The notes beneath the pieces were generated by a model. It had not been told where the DNA came from. It made no database searches and was given only the letters and a program-made list of their open reading frames with translations. This document shows positions 10,398 to 20,588 of a DNA stretch of 64,000 bases, piece after piece. Source of the DNA: an uncultured Clostridia bacterium (lineage in GTDB: Bacteria > Bacillota > Clostridia > Christensenellales > CAG-314); the NCBI GenBank assembly GCA_947601445.1, contig CANQGD010000001.1, positions 33,608-97,607 on the forward strand, in the 5' to 3' direction. Position numbers and translations under genes: made by a program. The first letter of the stretch is position 1, and every line of letters begins with the position of its first letter.

Positions 10398-11570
10398 ATG
10401 AAAACACTGGTTATCGGCGGCGGAATGTCCGGACTTGTCTATGGTATAATTGCATGTAAAAACGGTGTCGAGGTTACGATTGCCGAACGCAATGCGCGCG
10501 TCGGCAAAAAAATAGCCATGACGGGCAACGGAAAATGCAATATAGGCAATGTTTATATTGAACCGTCGCATTACAACGACAGTGCAATAGTAAAGCGTGT
10601 GTTGGATTCCGTTTCGGTGTCCGACTACTTGCGTTTTCTCAACAGTTGCGGAATTTTCACTTACGCCGATCGTGAGGGGCGCATGTATCCGTTATCCGAC
10701 AGCGCGGCAAATGTGGTGGATTGTTTAAGACATCAATTTTGCAAATACGGAGGCAAGCTGCTTACGAATACTGCCGTATCATCCGTTCGCAAGGTCAAAA
10801 ATGTTTTTGAAGCGGAAGTAAACGGTGAAAAAATTTTCTTCGATAAAGTTGTGCTTGCATGCGGAGGGTGCAGTCAGGCGCAGCCGGTTGATTTACGCTC
10901 TTTCATTACTGCATCGGATGTTACTCCTGTCTTTCCGTCGTTGGTTCCCGTCAAAGTTCGGGAAACGGACGGTACTTTGAACGGATTGCGCGTTCGCGCC
11001 AATGTTACTCTATTTGACGGCAGCGTTTTATTGGGGCGCGAAAGCGGCGAAGTACTATTCAGGGATTACGGTTTATCGGGTATATGTATTCTTAATCTGT
11101 CCGCAATTATAGCGCGCCGTTTGGTGCAAGGCCGTGATGGCAACTATACTTTTGTGTTGGATGTTGTGCCGCACTTAGAACAAGATGCTTTGAAAGAAAT
11201 AATAAATCATCGCGTCGAGATTGGAGACGGCGACAAGTTATTTTACGGTATTTTACACAATAAACTTGCCGAACACGTGGTTCGTCGAGCAAGTAAAGAC
11301 GCCGACGCTTCACGTTTGGCGACTATTGCCAAGAACCTCTCGTTTCATTTTGACAGACTGCTGGATTGGTCTATGAGTCAGGTGACGGCAGGAGGAATAG
11401 AGGGCAGTATCGATTTGGATACGTTGCAATTGCCAAACGGTTTGATTGCATTGGGTGAAGCTCTGAATGTGGACGGTCTGTGCGGCGGCTACAATCTGTT
11501 TTTTGCGGCGGCAAGCGCAATACACGTGTTTTCCGAAGAACAGCGTGATAAAGCGTTCAGACTTTCATAA
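10398..11570 (+). CDS. HI0933/BaiN-like FAD flavoprotein
   Basis: Dinucleotide fold MKTLVIGGGMSGL and the MTGNGKCNIGN motif typical of the HI0933-like family. SD GGCGAGG. Confidence 0.8.
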   Translation: MKTLVIGGGMSGLVYGIIACKNGVEVTIAERNARVGKKIAMTGNGKCNIGNVYIEPSHYNDSAIVKRVLDSVSVSDYLRFLNSCGIFTYADREGRMYPLSDSAANVVDCLRHQFCKYGGKLLTNTAVSSVRKVKNVFEAEVNGEKIFFDKVVLACGGCSQAQPVDLRSFITASDVTPVFPSLVPVKVRETDGTLNGLRVRANVTLFDGSVLLGRESGEVLFRDYGLSGICILNLSAIIARRLVQGRDGNYTFVLDVVPHLEQDALKEIINHRVEIGDGDKLFYGILHNKLAEHVVRRASKDADASRLATIAKNLSFHFDRLLDWSMSQVTAGGIEGSIDLDTLQLPNGLIALGEALNVDGLCGGYNLFFAAASAIHVFSEEQRDKAFRLS

Positions 11571-11698
11571 CGGTTTGCGATTTCACTCCGCATGGAGCAA
11601 GTAAAGTAGAAAGATAGCCACAGTGCTATTTACAATGAAGAAAAATGCATGTTTAGATACTACTATTTTACGCATAGTATTAGAAAATCGGCAAAATT

Positions 11699-13267
11699 AT
11701 GTCATTTTATATTACAAAACCTATCAATATTAAATTGGGCGAGAACGTATACGCTGTGGAAGAAAAATTGCTTAAAATGCTTCGTATACGGCGCCAAGAA
11801 CTCAAAAGTTTTGTTCTGCACCGACAAAGCATAGACGCTCGAAATAAATCGGACGTCCGTTTTGTTTGTTCGTATGTGGTGGAAACAACCCGAGTTCCGC
11901 AAAACGCAACGCCTTATGCGCCGCCTGTTGACGTATTGTTGCAAACTCGTCCCGTTGCGCACAAAAAGACTTGTATAGTAGTCGGTTCGGGGCCCGCGGG
12001 TCTTTTTGCGGCTTTATATCTGGCAAAATGCGGTGTTCGTGTAGTCGTTGTGGAACGGGGCGGCAATATAGGCGATCGAGTGGCAAAGGTACGGCAATTT
12101 TTTGATGGCGGCGAGTTCGATCCGCAAACCAACATACAATTCGGTCTGGGCGGAGCGGGCACATTTTCCGACGGCAAACTTACCAGCGGAATATCTTCCC
12201 CTCTCACATATACCGTATTCAACGAGTTTGTGCGCTGCGGAGCGCCGACGGATATTCTTACATCCTCGTTGCCGCACGTGGGCACGGATATGCTTGTCGG
12301 CGTTGTCGGCAATATGCGCGACGAAATCGAACGATACGGCGGAGAGTTTCTATTCGATACCACGGTAGTCGACTTTATTGTGAGGGACAACGCCGTTTGC
12401 GGCGTCTGTCTGGATAACGGCGCTGCAATTACCGCCGACGCAGTAGTGCTTGCATGCGGTCACAGTGCAAGGGATATTTTTCACCTGCTGTACGGGTTGG
12501 GCGCAAATATCGTGTTTAAGCCGTTTGCAGTCGGCTTGCGTATAGAACACACTCGTCAATTTATCGACAACGCCCAATACGGCGCGCTGTTTGCCACGCA
12601 CAAAGATTTGCCTGCCGCAAGTTACAAATTGGTTATGAACGGCGCGCGGCACAGTTGTTACAGTTTTTGCATGTGTCCCGGCGGTGTGGTAGTAGCCGCA
12701 AATTCCGAACGTGATACGGTCGTTGTCAATGGAATGAGCGACTATCGACACAGCTCGCCCAATTCCAACAGCGCGCTTGTGGTAAACATATCGGAAGACG
12801 ATGTCTTGCGATTCGGTTTTGAAAGAGGTCCGTTTGCGGGATTGGAATTTCAACGGGATTTGGAGCGAAAGGCTTTTACTCTCGGCGGCGGCGATTATAT
12901 TGCGCCCTGCCAGAATGTGACGGATTTCGTCTCAAACAAAACAAGCGAAAAATTCGACGTTCAACCGAGCTATCCTCGCGGCGTAAAATCCGCAAATCTT
13001 CGCATGCTGTTTCCGGAACCGATTAACCTTGCCATTGTGGACGCTCTTGCCGAATTTGACCGTAAAATACACGGGTTCGGTTCGAGCGGCGTGTTTACGG
13101 GAGTGGAAAGTCGCACGTCGTCGCCCGTCAGAATTTTGCGCGGCGAGGATTTTCAAAGCAATCTCAGACGTCTTTATCCGATCGGAGAGGGTGCGGGCTA
13201 CGCAGGAGGTATCGTTTCTTCCGCGGTCGACGGCTTGCGCGTCGCTATGCGAATAGTTGACGAATAA
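11699..13267 (+). CDS. FAD-dependent protein (COG2509-type uncharacterized dehydrogenase)
   Basis: VVGSGPAGLFAALYLAKCGVRVVVVERG dinucleotide fold, with a conserved C-terminal GEGAGYAGGI. Confidence 0.75.
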   Translation: MSFYITKPINIKLGENVYAVEEKLLKMLRIRRQELKSFVLHRQSIDARNKSDVRFVCSYVVETTRVPQNATPYAPPVDVLLQTRPVAHKKTCIVVGSGPAGLFAALYLAKCGVRVVVVERGGNIGDRVAKVRQFFDGGEFDPQTNIQFGLGGAGTFSDGKLTSGISSPLTYTVFNEFVRCGAPTDILTSSLPHVGTDMLVGVVGNMRDEIERYGGEFLFDTTVVDFIVRDNAVCGVCLDNGAAITADAVVLACGHSARDIFHLLYGLGANIVFKPFAVGLRIEHTRQFIDNAQYGALFATHKDLPAASYKLVMNGARHSCYSFCMCPGGVVVAANSERDTVVVNGMSDYRHSSPNSNSALVVNISEDDVLRFGFERGPFAGLEFQRDLERKAFTLGGGDYIAPCQNVTDFVSNKTSEKFDVQPSYPRGVKSANLRMLFPEPINLAIVDALAEFDRKIHGFGSSGVFTGVESRTSSPVRILRGEDFQSNLRRLYPIGEGAGYAGGIVSSAVDGLRVAMRIVDE

Positions 13268-13325
13268 AATTTTTTGCCGTATTCCTTCGGCAACATTTCA
13301 ACAATAAATATTGCAAAATATCATT

Positions 13326-13363
13326 CAAAAACCCCTGTTGCGTCTTGCTTTGCAGGGGTTTTC
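13326..13363. terminator. Bidirectional terminator between convergent genes
   Basis: AAAACCCCTG / CAGGGGTTTT stem with flanking A and T runs. Confidence 0.7.
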
Positions 13364-13377
13364 AAATATATTGTAAT

Positions 13378-14130
13378 TTATTTGGCTTTATTTTCGGTTT
13401 CACTCGGTATAAAAGAATCGAAAATCATATTGTCAAAGCCGTCGTGCAGTTGATCGTATTGGGCTTGACTTCTGATTGTCCAACAAATTATGGGAATTTT
13501 TTTCGCATAGTGACGTACCGCTTTGTTTTGTTTGATTGTCGCTGCGTCGTATGCAATAAATTGACTGCCGTTCCATTTGCACAATTTGAGGTTGCTCAAC
13601 AGTCGGCGTTTAATGGGTCCGAATGCTCCCGCAAAAGAGCAGGACAGCTGCCCTCGAACAACTTCGGGCGCATGTTTTTTGAACCAACGTACGATAAACG
13701 GATTAAACGATTCTATGCAGTAGTTGCCCGTATATTTTTTCAGCGCGTCGTATGTTTTTTGTTCCACCTCGCCGATATTTTTGTGCGTTTTGATTTCCAC
13801 TACAAGGTTTACGCCCTTTGCCGCTTTCAAAAACTCTTCGAAAGTGGGAATAATACAATTCGTCTGCAACAGCCGAAGTTTGCGAATTTCCCGAAAAGTT
13901 TTTTCGCAAATTTTGCCTTCTGCACCTGTCATGCGGACAAGAGTATCGTCATGAAAAACCACAAGAACTCCGTCTTGCGTCATTTGCACGTCCGTTTCTA
14001 TTGCAAAACCCCTTTCGGCGGCTCTTTCAAAAGCCGGCAACGAGTTTTCGGGAATCCCATTGTTGTTGTCGAAAAGACCGCGGTGCGCTACAAATATATC
14101 CGTCAGCCATTTGTATTCCTGTCTGATCAA
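13378..14130 (-). CDS. Glycerophosphodiester phosphodiesterase family protein
   Basis: GDPD motifs FVAHRG, ENSLPAF, ETDVQMTQDGVLVVFHD. The ORF is open to 14271 but contains no ATG. I prefer TTG at 14130, preceded by AAAGAGG at 9 nt. Start uncertain. Confidence 0.8.
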   Translation of the reverse strand: MIRQEYKWLTDIFVAHRGLFDNNNGIPENSLPAFERAAERGFAIETDVQMTQDGVLVVFHDDTLVRMTGAEGKICEKTFREIRKLRLLQTNCIIPTFEEFLKAAKGVNLVVEIKTHKNIGEVEQKTYDALKKYTGNYCIESFNPFIVRWFKKHAPEVVRGQLSCSFAGAFGPIKRRLLSNLKLCKWNGSQFIAYDAATIKQNKAVRHYAKKIPIICWTIRSQAQYDQLHDGFDNMIFDSFIPSETENKAK

Positions 14131-14275
14131 ATCTTCTAACCTCTTTTTGATAGATGATGTACTATTATAATATTTTTGGTTTTGTTTTGCAACAGATTGA
14201 CGCAAAATGCTCAAAGTACTTTGTTTTCTGCGATTATTGTTACTTATTGCAATGCGGCAAAAGTTGCCCAATACA

Positions 14276-14304
14276 TAGACAAAAGTAAAATTTTACTGTA
14301 TAAT
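14276..14304 (+). promoter_or_regulatory. Sigma-A type promoter abutting the lepA start codon
   Basis: TAGACA-17 nt-TATAAT. The A of ATG 14311 lies 7 nt after the -10 hexamer. Confidence 0.6.
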
Positions 14305-14310
14305 CAAACT

Positions 14311-16110
14311 ATGTCACAACAAAACACACGAAATTTTTGCATAATCGCACATATCGACCACGGCAAGAGTACTCTTGCCGATAGACTGATGGAATATACG
14401 GGGCAAGTGGCTGCGCGCGATCTCGAAGCGCAAATGCTTGATTCAATGGATATTGAGCGCGAGCGCGGCATTACGATAAAGCTTACTCCCGTAAGGATGC
14501 ATTACACAAAGGACGGTTGCGAGTACACGCTCAATCTCATAGACACTCCGGGACACGTAGATTTTAACTACGAAGTTTCCCGTTCGCTTGCTGCTTGCGA
14601 AGGGGCATTGCTTGTTGTGGACGCGTCGCAGGGAGTGGAAGCGCAAACCCTTGCCAATTGCTATCTCGCGTTGGAAAATAATCTTGAAATAATCCCTGTA
14701 ATCAACAAGATAGATTTGCCTTCCGCCGATGTTGACGGCACCAAGAGAGAAATAGAGGACGCTATCGGTCTGGACGCAAGCGGTGCTCCTCTTGTTTCCG
14801 CCAAAGAAGGGATAAACATCAAGGATGTTTTGGACGCGGTTGTGGATTTGGTTCCCCCTCCGCAAGGCGACGATACGGCTCCGCTGAAAGCGCTTATTTT
14901 TGACTGTCAATACGACAACTACAAGGGAGTAATAATATTTACTCGCATTGTAGACGGAAGCGTACGCGTCGGCACGCAAATAAAGATGTTTCAAACGGCG
15001 GGCAAAACGTTTGACGTAACGGAAGTAGGCATATTTGCTCCCTCAATGCAATCCGTAGACTGTCTCAAAGCGGGCGACGTTGGCTACATTTGCGCCAGCA
15101 TAAAGACCGTTTCCGACACCAAGGTGGGTGATACGATCACCGACGCAAAACGCCCCTGTGCGCAGGCATTGCACGGATACAAAGAAGTAAAACCTATGGT
15201 TTTTTGCGGTATTTTCCCCGCCGACGGCAGCAAATATAACGATTTGAAAGACGCATTGGAAAAGTTGAAACTCAATGACGCGTCGCTTACATACGAACCG
15301 GATACGTCCGTTGCGTTGGGATTCGGTTTTCGTTGCGGCTTTTTGGGTCTGTTGCACATGGAAATCATTCAGGAACGGTTGGAGCGCGAGTTTGATCTCG
15401 ATTTGGTAACAACCGCGCCCAGCGTGATATACAAGGTTTTTACAACTCAAAACGAAACGTTGTTTATAGACAATCCCACCAAATTGCCGCCGCCGACTTT
15501 GATCGAACATATCGAAGAACCTATCGTAAAAGCGGAAATTTTTTCTCCGCCCGAATATGTCGGCGATGTAATGGGACTTTGTCAGGACAAACGCGGTACG
15601 TTTATCGATATGACTTATCTCGATAAACATCGCGTAAAAATAAGTTACGACATTCCTCTCAACGAAATAATTTACAATTTTTTCGACACGTTGAAGTCGC
15701 GTACACGCGGATATGCAAGTTTGGATTACGAACTTAAAGGCTTTACCCCGGGAAAACTCGTGCGCATGGATATGCTGTTGAACGGAGAAGTGTGCGACGC
15801 GCTGTCGATCATAGTAAACGAAGAACGCGCATATGCTCGCGGGCGTCAAATGGCGGAAAAACTGAAAGAGGCAATCCCTCGTCAGATGTTTGAAATCCCG
15901 ATTCAGGCGGCGATCGGCAACAAAATCATAGCTCGCGAAACGGTAAAAGCGCTGCGCAAAGACGTGCTTGCCAAGTGTTACGGCGGCGACATCACCCGCA
16001 AAAAGAAACTACTCGAAAAGCAGAAAGAGGGCAAAAAACGTATGCGTCAAGTGGGTTCGGTATCTGTCCCGTCGGAAGCGTTTATGTCCATTTTGAAAAT
16101 CGACGATTGA
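14311..16110 (+). CDS. lepA: Elongation factor 4 (LepA)
   Basis: G motifs [21 protein letters not shown], and the LepA-specific C-terminus ([21 protein letters not shown]). Confidence 0.97.
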   Translation: MSQQNTRNFCIIAHIDHGKSTLADRLMEYTGQVAARDLEAQMLDSMDIERERGITIKLTPVRMHYTKDGCEYTLNLIDTPGHVDFNYEVSRSLAACEGALLVVDASQGVEAQTLANCYLALENNLEIIPVINKIDLPSADVDGTKREIEDAIGLDASGAPLVSAKEGINIKDVLDAVVDLVPPPQGDDTAPLKALIFDCQYDNYKGVIIFTRIVDGSVRVGTQIKMFQTAGKTFDVTEVGIFAPSMQSVDCLKAGDVGYICASIKTVSDTKVGDTITDAKRPCAQALHGYKEVKPMVFCGIFPADGSKYNDLKDALEKLKLNDASLTYEPDTSVALGFGFRCGFLGLLHMEIIQERLEREFDLDLVTTAPSVIYKVFTTQNETLFIDNPTKLPPPTLIEHIEEPIVKAEIFSPPEYVGDVMGLCQDKRGTFIDMTYLDKHRVKISYDIPLNEIIYNFFDTLKSRTRGYASLDYELKGFTPGKLVRMDMLLNGEVCDALSIIVNEERAYARGRQMAEKLKEAIPRQMFEIPIQAAIGNKIIARETVKALRKDVLAKCYGGDITRKKKLLEKQKEGKKRMRQVGSVSVPSEAFMSILKIDD

Positions 16111-16570
16111 CGTTGCAAAAAAAATAGTGCAAATTTTATCTGTCGCCAAACTTTGTTTCATCTGAGTGGTACGATATTTTGGAAGAAACGATTTTCACGC
16201 TGGCGAAGTGACATAACACACGTAGAGTTTTTGCGTTATCGGGTGCAGCGGCGAAGTTTTATATTATGTAGATTATGAATGTAACGAATACTCGCCGCAA
16301 TGGAACTTCGAAAATTGGGTTATAAAATATTGGAGCCGCACAGAGGAGTTCGAGAGGTATCTGTCTCGGCACAAAAGCGACAAATAATTTCGCTAACTTT
16401 TCGTACTGCGCAAGTTTTTTATCGGAAAAAAGCAAACGTTTGCAATGCTTTTATACGATAGATTTACTTGTTCTCAAAGTGCGCCGTCTGTTTGCGCTTT
16501 TGTAAAAACAGATTGTAAAAATTATTAATGACAACGATAGTGATACAATTTTCTGATAGGAGGGTGTTGG

Positions 16571-17398
16571 ATGTTGAAAGATTTTATCGCTTGCGACGGT
16601 ACGTCGATTCCCGCAGTGGGATTGGGCACATGGCAAAGTCAACCGGATGATTGCTACAATGCAGTACGTTGGGCTTTGGACGAGGGATACCGTCACATCG
16701 ATACCGCGTATGCCTACGGAAACGAATCGGATGTCGGCAGGGCAATACGCGACAGCGGAATTTCTCGGGAACAAATTTTTGTCACGACAAAACTGCCTTC
16801 TCACATCAAAGACGAGCGCGGCGTGGAAGCACATTTGATTGAATCACTGAGAAATCTTCGAATGGATTATGTGGATATGTATCTTATCCATGCGCCGTGG
16901 CCATGGGCTGAGATAGGCAAAGATTGTACCGAGGGAAACATTATAGCTTGGAAAACAATGTTGGACTTGCAGTTGCGAGGGTTTATTCGTTGCTGCGGCG
17001 TTTCCAATTTTCATCCCGATGAAATACTGTCTTTGATAGAAGCTACGGGGTATCAGCCTGCGGTCAATCAAATACGGTACTTTGTGGGTAACACCCAACC
17101 TGAAACGACAACTTTTTGTCAGGAAAACGGCATTTTGGTTGAGGCGTATTCGCCGCTTGCGACGGGGGCTATTTTGGAAAACGGCGGACTGTCCCAACTT
17201 GCGGCACGTTACAACGTGAGCGTTGCACAGCTGTGTATAGCGTATTGTCTGCACAAAGGAACGCTCCCGTTGCCAAAATCGGTAAATCAAACGCGAATAC
17301 GCCAAAATATCGAAGTGGATTTTCAAATAACCGACGCGGATATTGCGTATTTGGACAGTCTCGAAGGCATAGGACCGTATAAACGGTTGAGAAGTTAG
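16571..17398 (+). CDS. Aldo/keto reductase
   Basis: GLGTWQS, HIDTAYAYGNE and LIHAPWP motifs. SD AGGAGGG. Confidence 0.9.
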   Translation: MLKDFIACDGTSIPAVGLGTWQSQPDDCYNAVRWALDEGYRHIDTAYAYGNESDVGRAIRDSGISREQIFVTTKLPSHIKDERGVEAHLIESLRNLRMDYVDMYLIHAPWPWAEIGKDCTEGNIIAWKTMLDLQLRGFIRCCGVSNFHPDEILSLIEATGYQPAVNQIRYFVGNTQPETTTFCQENGILVEAYSPLATGAILENGGLSQLAARYNVSVAQLCIAYCLHKGTLPLPKSVNQTRIRQNIEVDFQITDADIAYLDSLEGIGPYKRLRS

Positions 17399-17669
17399 TT
17401 GTATTACCGGACGCGTATCAATCAATTGTGCGTCTGTCATCTTCAAAATCGCTGGGTTCGGCGTCGTTTTTCTGAAAATATCGTGAGAAGAACATTCTTG
17501 AATCGCTTGTGAGACTTTTGTCTGTTTAATCCGGACTGCTTTACAATTAAAATAAATTTCCCCGATGTGTCGGGTGCGGTTATACGAAGCGAGCTAAGTT
17601 GTGATATATTTTGTTTCAAAATACTATATATCCTCTTGTTCAAACATCTGAAACGTCTTTTTTGCCGAT

Positions 17670-18794
17670 ATGTACAAAAAATATTCTATCTACATTCACA
17701 TACCGTTTTGCAAAGCGCGGTGCAGCTACTGCGCTTTTGTTTCATGTACGGATTTGTCTGTTGCGGAAAGTTATTTTTCCAAACTTTTTGCGGAAATGGA
17801 TCGTTATGCCGACAAAACCAAACCCATTTACACAATATATCTCGGCGGGGGAACGCCGAGCTATGCGGGCGCTTATTGGTTAGATAAGATTTTTGCCAAG
17901 CTCAACGAATGTTTCGATCTATCGCATATCGAAGAGATAACGGTGGAGTGCAACCCCGAAAGTACAACGGATCAGCTGCTTACTTGTTTGCACAATTGCG
18001 GAGTAACCAGATTGAGTTTCGGATTGCAAAGCGTCAACGACGGCACGTTGAAACGTATCGGCAGATTGCACGGTTATAAGGATTTTACCGAGGCGTTATA
18101 TAAAGCCGTTTCGCACGGTTTTGCAAATATAAATGCCGACTTGATTATAGGTTTGCCGGAAAGTCATGCAGACTTTATCCGCACTGTATGTACGGCAGCG
18201 GTTTTACCTCTCAATCACATCAGTCTTTATGCGTTGGAACTGCATCGCGGAACTTCGTTGTATGCCGACGCAAACGGAAAAAATTTTTTCTCCGATGACG
18301 AACAGGCGGATATGTATGATGAAGCGGCGGAAATATTGAGCAAACACGGTTTCAAACGTTATGAAATTTCAAATTTCGCCAAAGTAAATTGCGAGTGCAA
18401 GCACAATCTCCATTATTGGCGGGAGGGTCGATACTTTGCATTCGGCGCGTCCGCAAGCGGCTTTGTCGACAATATGCGCTTTACGAATTGTATGTCGGTC
18501 TCCGATTATATCGACAAGCCAATCGAGCTGTTGCGTGAGTCTTGCGAACAAATAGACGTGGCGGAGGAAGCCAACGAGTTTGCCATGCTCGGATTGCGTT
18601 TGGATGACGGAATAAGTCTTTCGGAATTTGAAAAACGGTTCGGTGCGGACTTTATGAAATTTTTCTCCGCCGCGAAAAGTCTTGTCGGACGCGGTTTGTT
18701 GATTTGCCGCGGGGACAGATTGCAAGTTCCTCGCGATAAGTTTTATGTCATAAACTCCATTCTTTCAGAATTGTGGCACTCCCAAAACGAGTAG
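17670..18794 (+). CDS. hemW: Radical SAM heme chaperone HemW (HemN-like)
   Basis: IYIHIPFCKARCSYCAF CxxxCxxC motif, GGGTPS, and a HemN C-terminal-like domain. Confidence 0.9.
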   Translation: MYKKYSIYIHIPFCKARCSYCAFVSCTDLSVAESYFSKLFAEMDRYADKTKPIYTIYLGGGTPSYAGAYWLDKIFAKLNECFDLSHIEEITVECNPESTTDQLLTCLHNCGVTRLSFGLQSVNDGTLKRIGRLHGYKDFTEALYKAVSHGFANINADLIIGLPESHADFIRTVCTAAVLPLNHISLYALELHRGTSLYADANGKNFFSDDEQADMYDEAAEILSKHGFKRYEISNFAKVNCECKHNLHYWREGRYFAFGASASGFVDNMRFTNCMSVSDYIDKPIELLRESCEQIDVAEEANEFAMLGLRLDDGISLSEFEKRFGADFMKFFSAAKSLVGRGLLICRGDRLQVPRDKFYVINSILSELWHSQNE

Positions 18795-18972
18795 CGGTAG
18801 GTGTCCGTCCTTTCAAATAAATCGGCAAACGTGCGACTAAATGAGCCGAATTGTATCAAAAAAATATAAGAGAATGTCGAAAATTCGGATTTTACACGAT
18901 ACTATTAGTAACATAGTATTGTAATATCGATATAAATATTACGGTTTGACACAAAACATACGTCAAATAGGG

Positions 18973-19001
18973 TTGATTTATTGCCGACAGTCTGCTATAA
19001 T
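18973..19001 (+). promoter_or_regulatory. Sigma-A promoter of the LysR-ppa unit
   Basis: TTGATT-17 nt-(TGc)TATAAT, an extended -10. Confidence 0.6.
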
Positions 19002-19016
19002 ATCATAGTTAAAACT

Positions 19017-19039
19017 TTGTTCAACTTTGAATTGAACAA
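19017..19039 (+). promoter_or_regulatory. Inverted repeat, candidate LysR-type operator
   Basis: TTGTTCAA-7 nt-TTGAACAA, with perfect 8-bp arms, 16 nt downstream of the -10 and upstream of the LysR start. Confidence 0.4.
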
Positions 19040-19064
19040 AATTTTTCTAATTTACAGGTGCAAG

Positions 19065-19940
19065 ATGAAACTTTTGCAAATGAGATATTTTCAGACCGTC
19101 TGTCGATACGGCAGCATTACAAAAGCAGCCGAAGAGCTGTTTGTAAGTCAGCCGACTATTTCTTTTTGTCTCAAAGAATTGGAAGAAGAATTCGGCGTTA
19201 AGCTGTTTCATCGCAGACACAACCGACTTATGCTTACCGTTGAGGGACAATTTTTTCTGGACAAGGTAAACTATATTCTGAAATCGGTAGACGCTCTGAC
19301 AACCCAGATGAAAGACATGGGCAACAATCACAATCATGTAAAAATTGCCGTTCCCGCGATGATAAGCACTTTTCTGTTTCCGCAGATGTTCAATGCCTAC
19401 ACGCAAATTTATCCCAATGTAGAGTTGGAAATGTTGGAGACGGGTTCGTTGCAGACGCGTAAATTGGTGGATGCCAATTCCGTGGATCTCGGCGTTACGA
19501 TATTGGACAATTTCGTTTCCGACAGCTACAATATGTTGCCGCTTGTATCGACGGAACTTGTATTCTGTGTAAGCAAAAGACATCGTTTGGCACAGCGCAA
19601 GCATATCTCTTTCGGCGAGCTTGCCGACGAACACATAATCATTTTCAAAGCGGACAGCTATCAAAACATATTTATCAAGCGCGCTTTTTCCGAAGTGAAC
19701 GTCGAGCCCAAAATTTTGCTTTATTCGTCGCAACTGTATACGATAAAGCAATTTCTCGGTTATGGCAATGCAGGTGCTTTTTTGTACAGGCAGGTTGCGG
19801 AGACGGACAGCGATTTGGTATGTATACCTCTCGATCAGCCTATCATTCAGGAGATTGTGCTGATTTGGTCCAAAAGCAGCAGTCTTTATTCCGATTCGGA
19901 AAACTTTATTCAATTTGCAAAACAATACCGTTACAAGTAA
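19065..19940 (+). CDS. LysR family transcriptional regulator
   Basis: MKLLQMRYFQTVCRYGSITKAAEELFVSQPTISFCLKELEEEFGVKLFHR is a LysR HTH, followed by a substrate-binding domain. SD AGGTG. Confidence 0.9.
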   Translation: MKLLQMRYFQTVCRYGSITKAAEELFVSQPTISFCLKELEEEFGVKLFHRRHNRLMLTVEGQFFLDKVNYILKSVDALTTQMKDMGNNHNHVKIAVPAMISTFLFPQMFNAYTQIYPNVELEMLETGSLQTRKLVDANSVDLGVTILDNFVSDSYNMLPLVSTELVFCVSKRHRLAQRKHISFGELADEHIIIFKADSYQNIFIKRAFSEVNVEPKILLYSSQLYTIKQFLGYGNAGAFLYRQVAETDSDLVCIPLDQPIIQEIVLIWSKSSSLYSDSENFIQFAKQYRYK

Positions 19941-19955
19941 TCAGGAGGATATAAA

Positions 19956-20492
19956 ATGAATATTTGGCATGACATTTCACGCGGCAGAATAAACAGCGAC
20001 GACTTCTACGCCGTGATAGAGATAACCAAGGGAAGTAAAATGAAATATGAGTTGGACAAGGAAACGGGCTTGCTTGTCCTGGACAGGATACTGTACACGT
20101 CCACGCACTATCCCGCCAACTACGGTTTTATACCCCGTACGCTTGCCGCCGACGGCGATCCGATGGACGTATTGGTTTTATGTTCGGAACCGTTGTTGCC
20201 GCACAGTTTGGTACGTTGTTATCCTATCGGAGTAATAATCATGAACGACAACGGTTCACGCGACGAAAAGATTATTGCCATTCCGTTTACCGATCCCACC
20301 TACAACGGTTACAAATCCATTAAGGAATTGCCTCAGCATATTTTCGACGAAATGCAGCACTTTTTCCGCGTATACAAAGAATTGGAAAACAAGCCCACGT
20401 CGGTAAGCGAGGTTCACGATGCGGAAGACGCAAAAGCTGTGGTGCTTAAATCCATAAACGATTATATCGAAAATATACTTTCAAAAAGATAA
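19956..20492 (+). CDS. ppa: Inorganic pyrophosphatase, family I
   Basis: YELDKETGLLVLDR, YPANYGFIP and DGDPMDVLVL motifs. SD AGGAGGA. 15 nt after the LysR stop. Confidence 0.92.
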   Translation: MNIWHDISRGRINSDDFYAVIEITKGSKMKYELDKETGLLVLDRILYTSTHYPANYGFIPRTLAADGDPMDVLVLCSEPLLPHSLVRCYPIGVIIMNDNGSRDEKIIAIPFTDPTYNGYKSIKELPQHIFDEMQHFFRVYKELENKPTSVSEVHDAEDAKAVVLKSINDYIENILSKR

Positions 20493-20521
20493 ATCAACAA
20501 ATTTTTGTAATTTATAAATAG

Positions 20522-20552
20522 ATCGGTTTGCTCTCCGGGCGAACCGATTTTT
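20522..20552 (+). terminator. Intrinsic terminator after ppa
   Basis: ATCGGTTTGC / GCGAACCGAT stem (one G-U pair) followed by TTTTT. Confidence 0.7.
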
Positions 20553-20588
20553 CTTTCTTTATGTTTTCTTAATTTCAGATGGCGTTTC

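Noticed and set aside
16226-16384. 53-codon stop-free stretch (...YVDYECNEYSPQWNFENWVIKYWSRTEEFERYLSRHKSDK*) in the lepA-AKR spacer.
   Set aside because: It has no ATG, GTG or TTG start with an SD and no recognisable family. It may be a gene relic, but I cannot support that without a BLASTX search.
17443-17643. 66-aa minus-strand ORF in the AKR-hemW spacer, plus a CCCGA-N4-TCGGG hairpin.
   Set aside because: It has a TTG start without an SD and a basic low-complexity product. The hairpin is only 5 bp, so evidence is insufficient for a gene or an sRNA.
19047-19925. Very long antisense ORFs opposite real genes. Examples are 19047-19925 (292 aa), 27297-28091, 42009-42806, 15043-15849, 13345-14139, 36192-36890, 31161-31763, 16844-17446 and 6109-6738.
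   Set aside because: They are codon-aligned shadows of well-supported genes: the antisense frame stays open wherever the sense strand avoids TTA, CTA and TCA codons. Their products are low-complexity and Arg/Cys/Phe-rich with no recognisable motifs, SDs or promoters.
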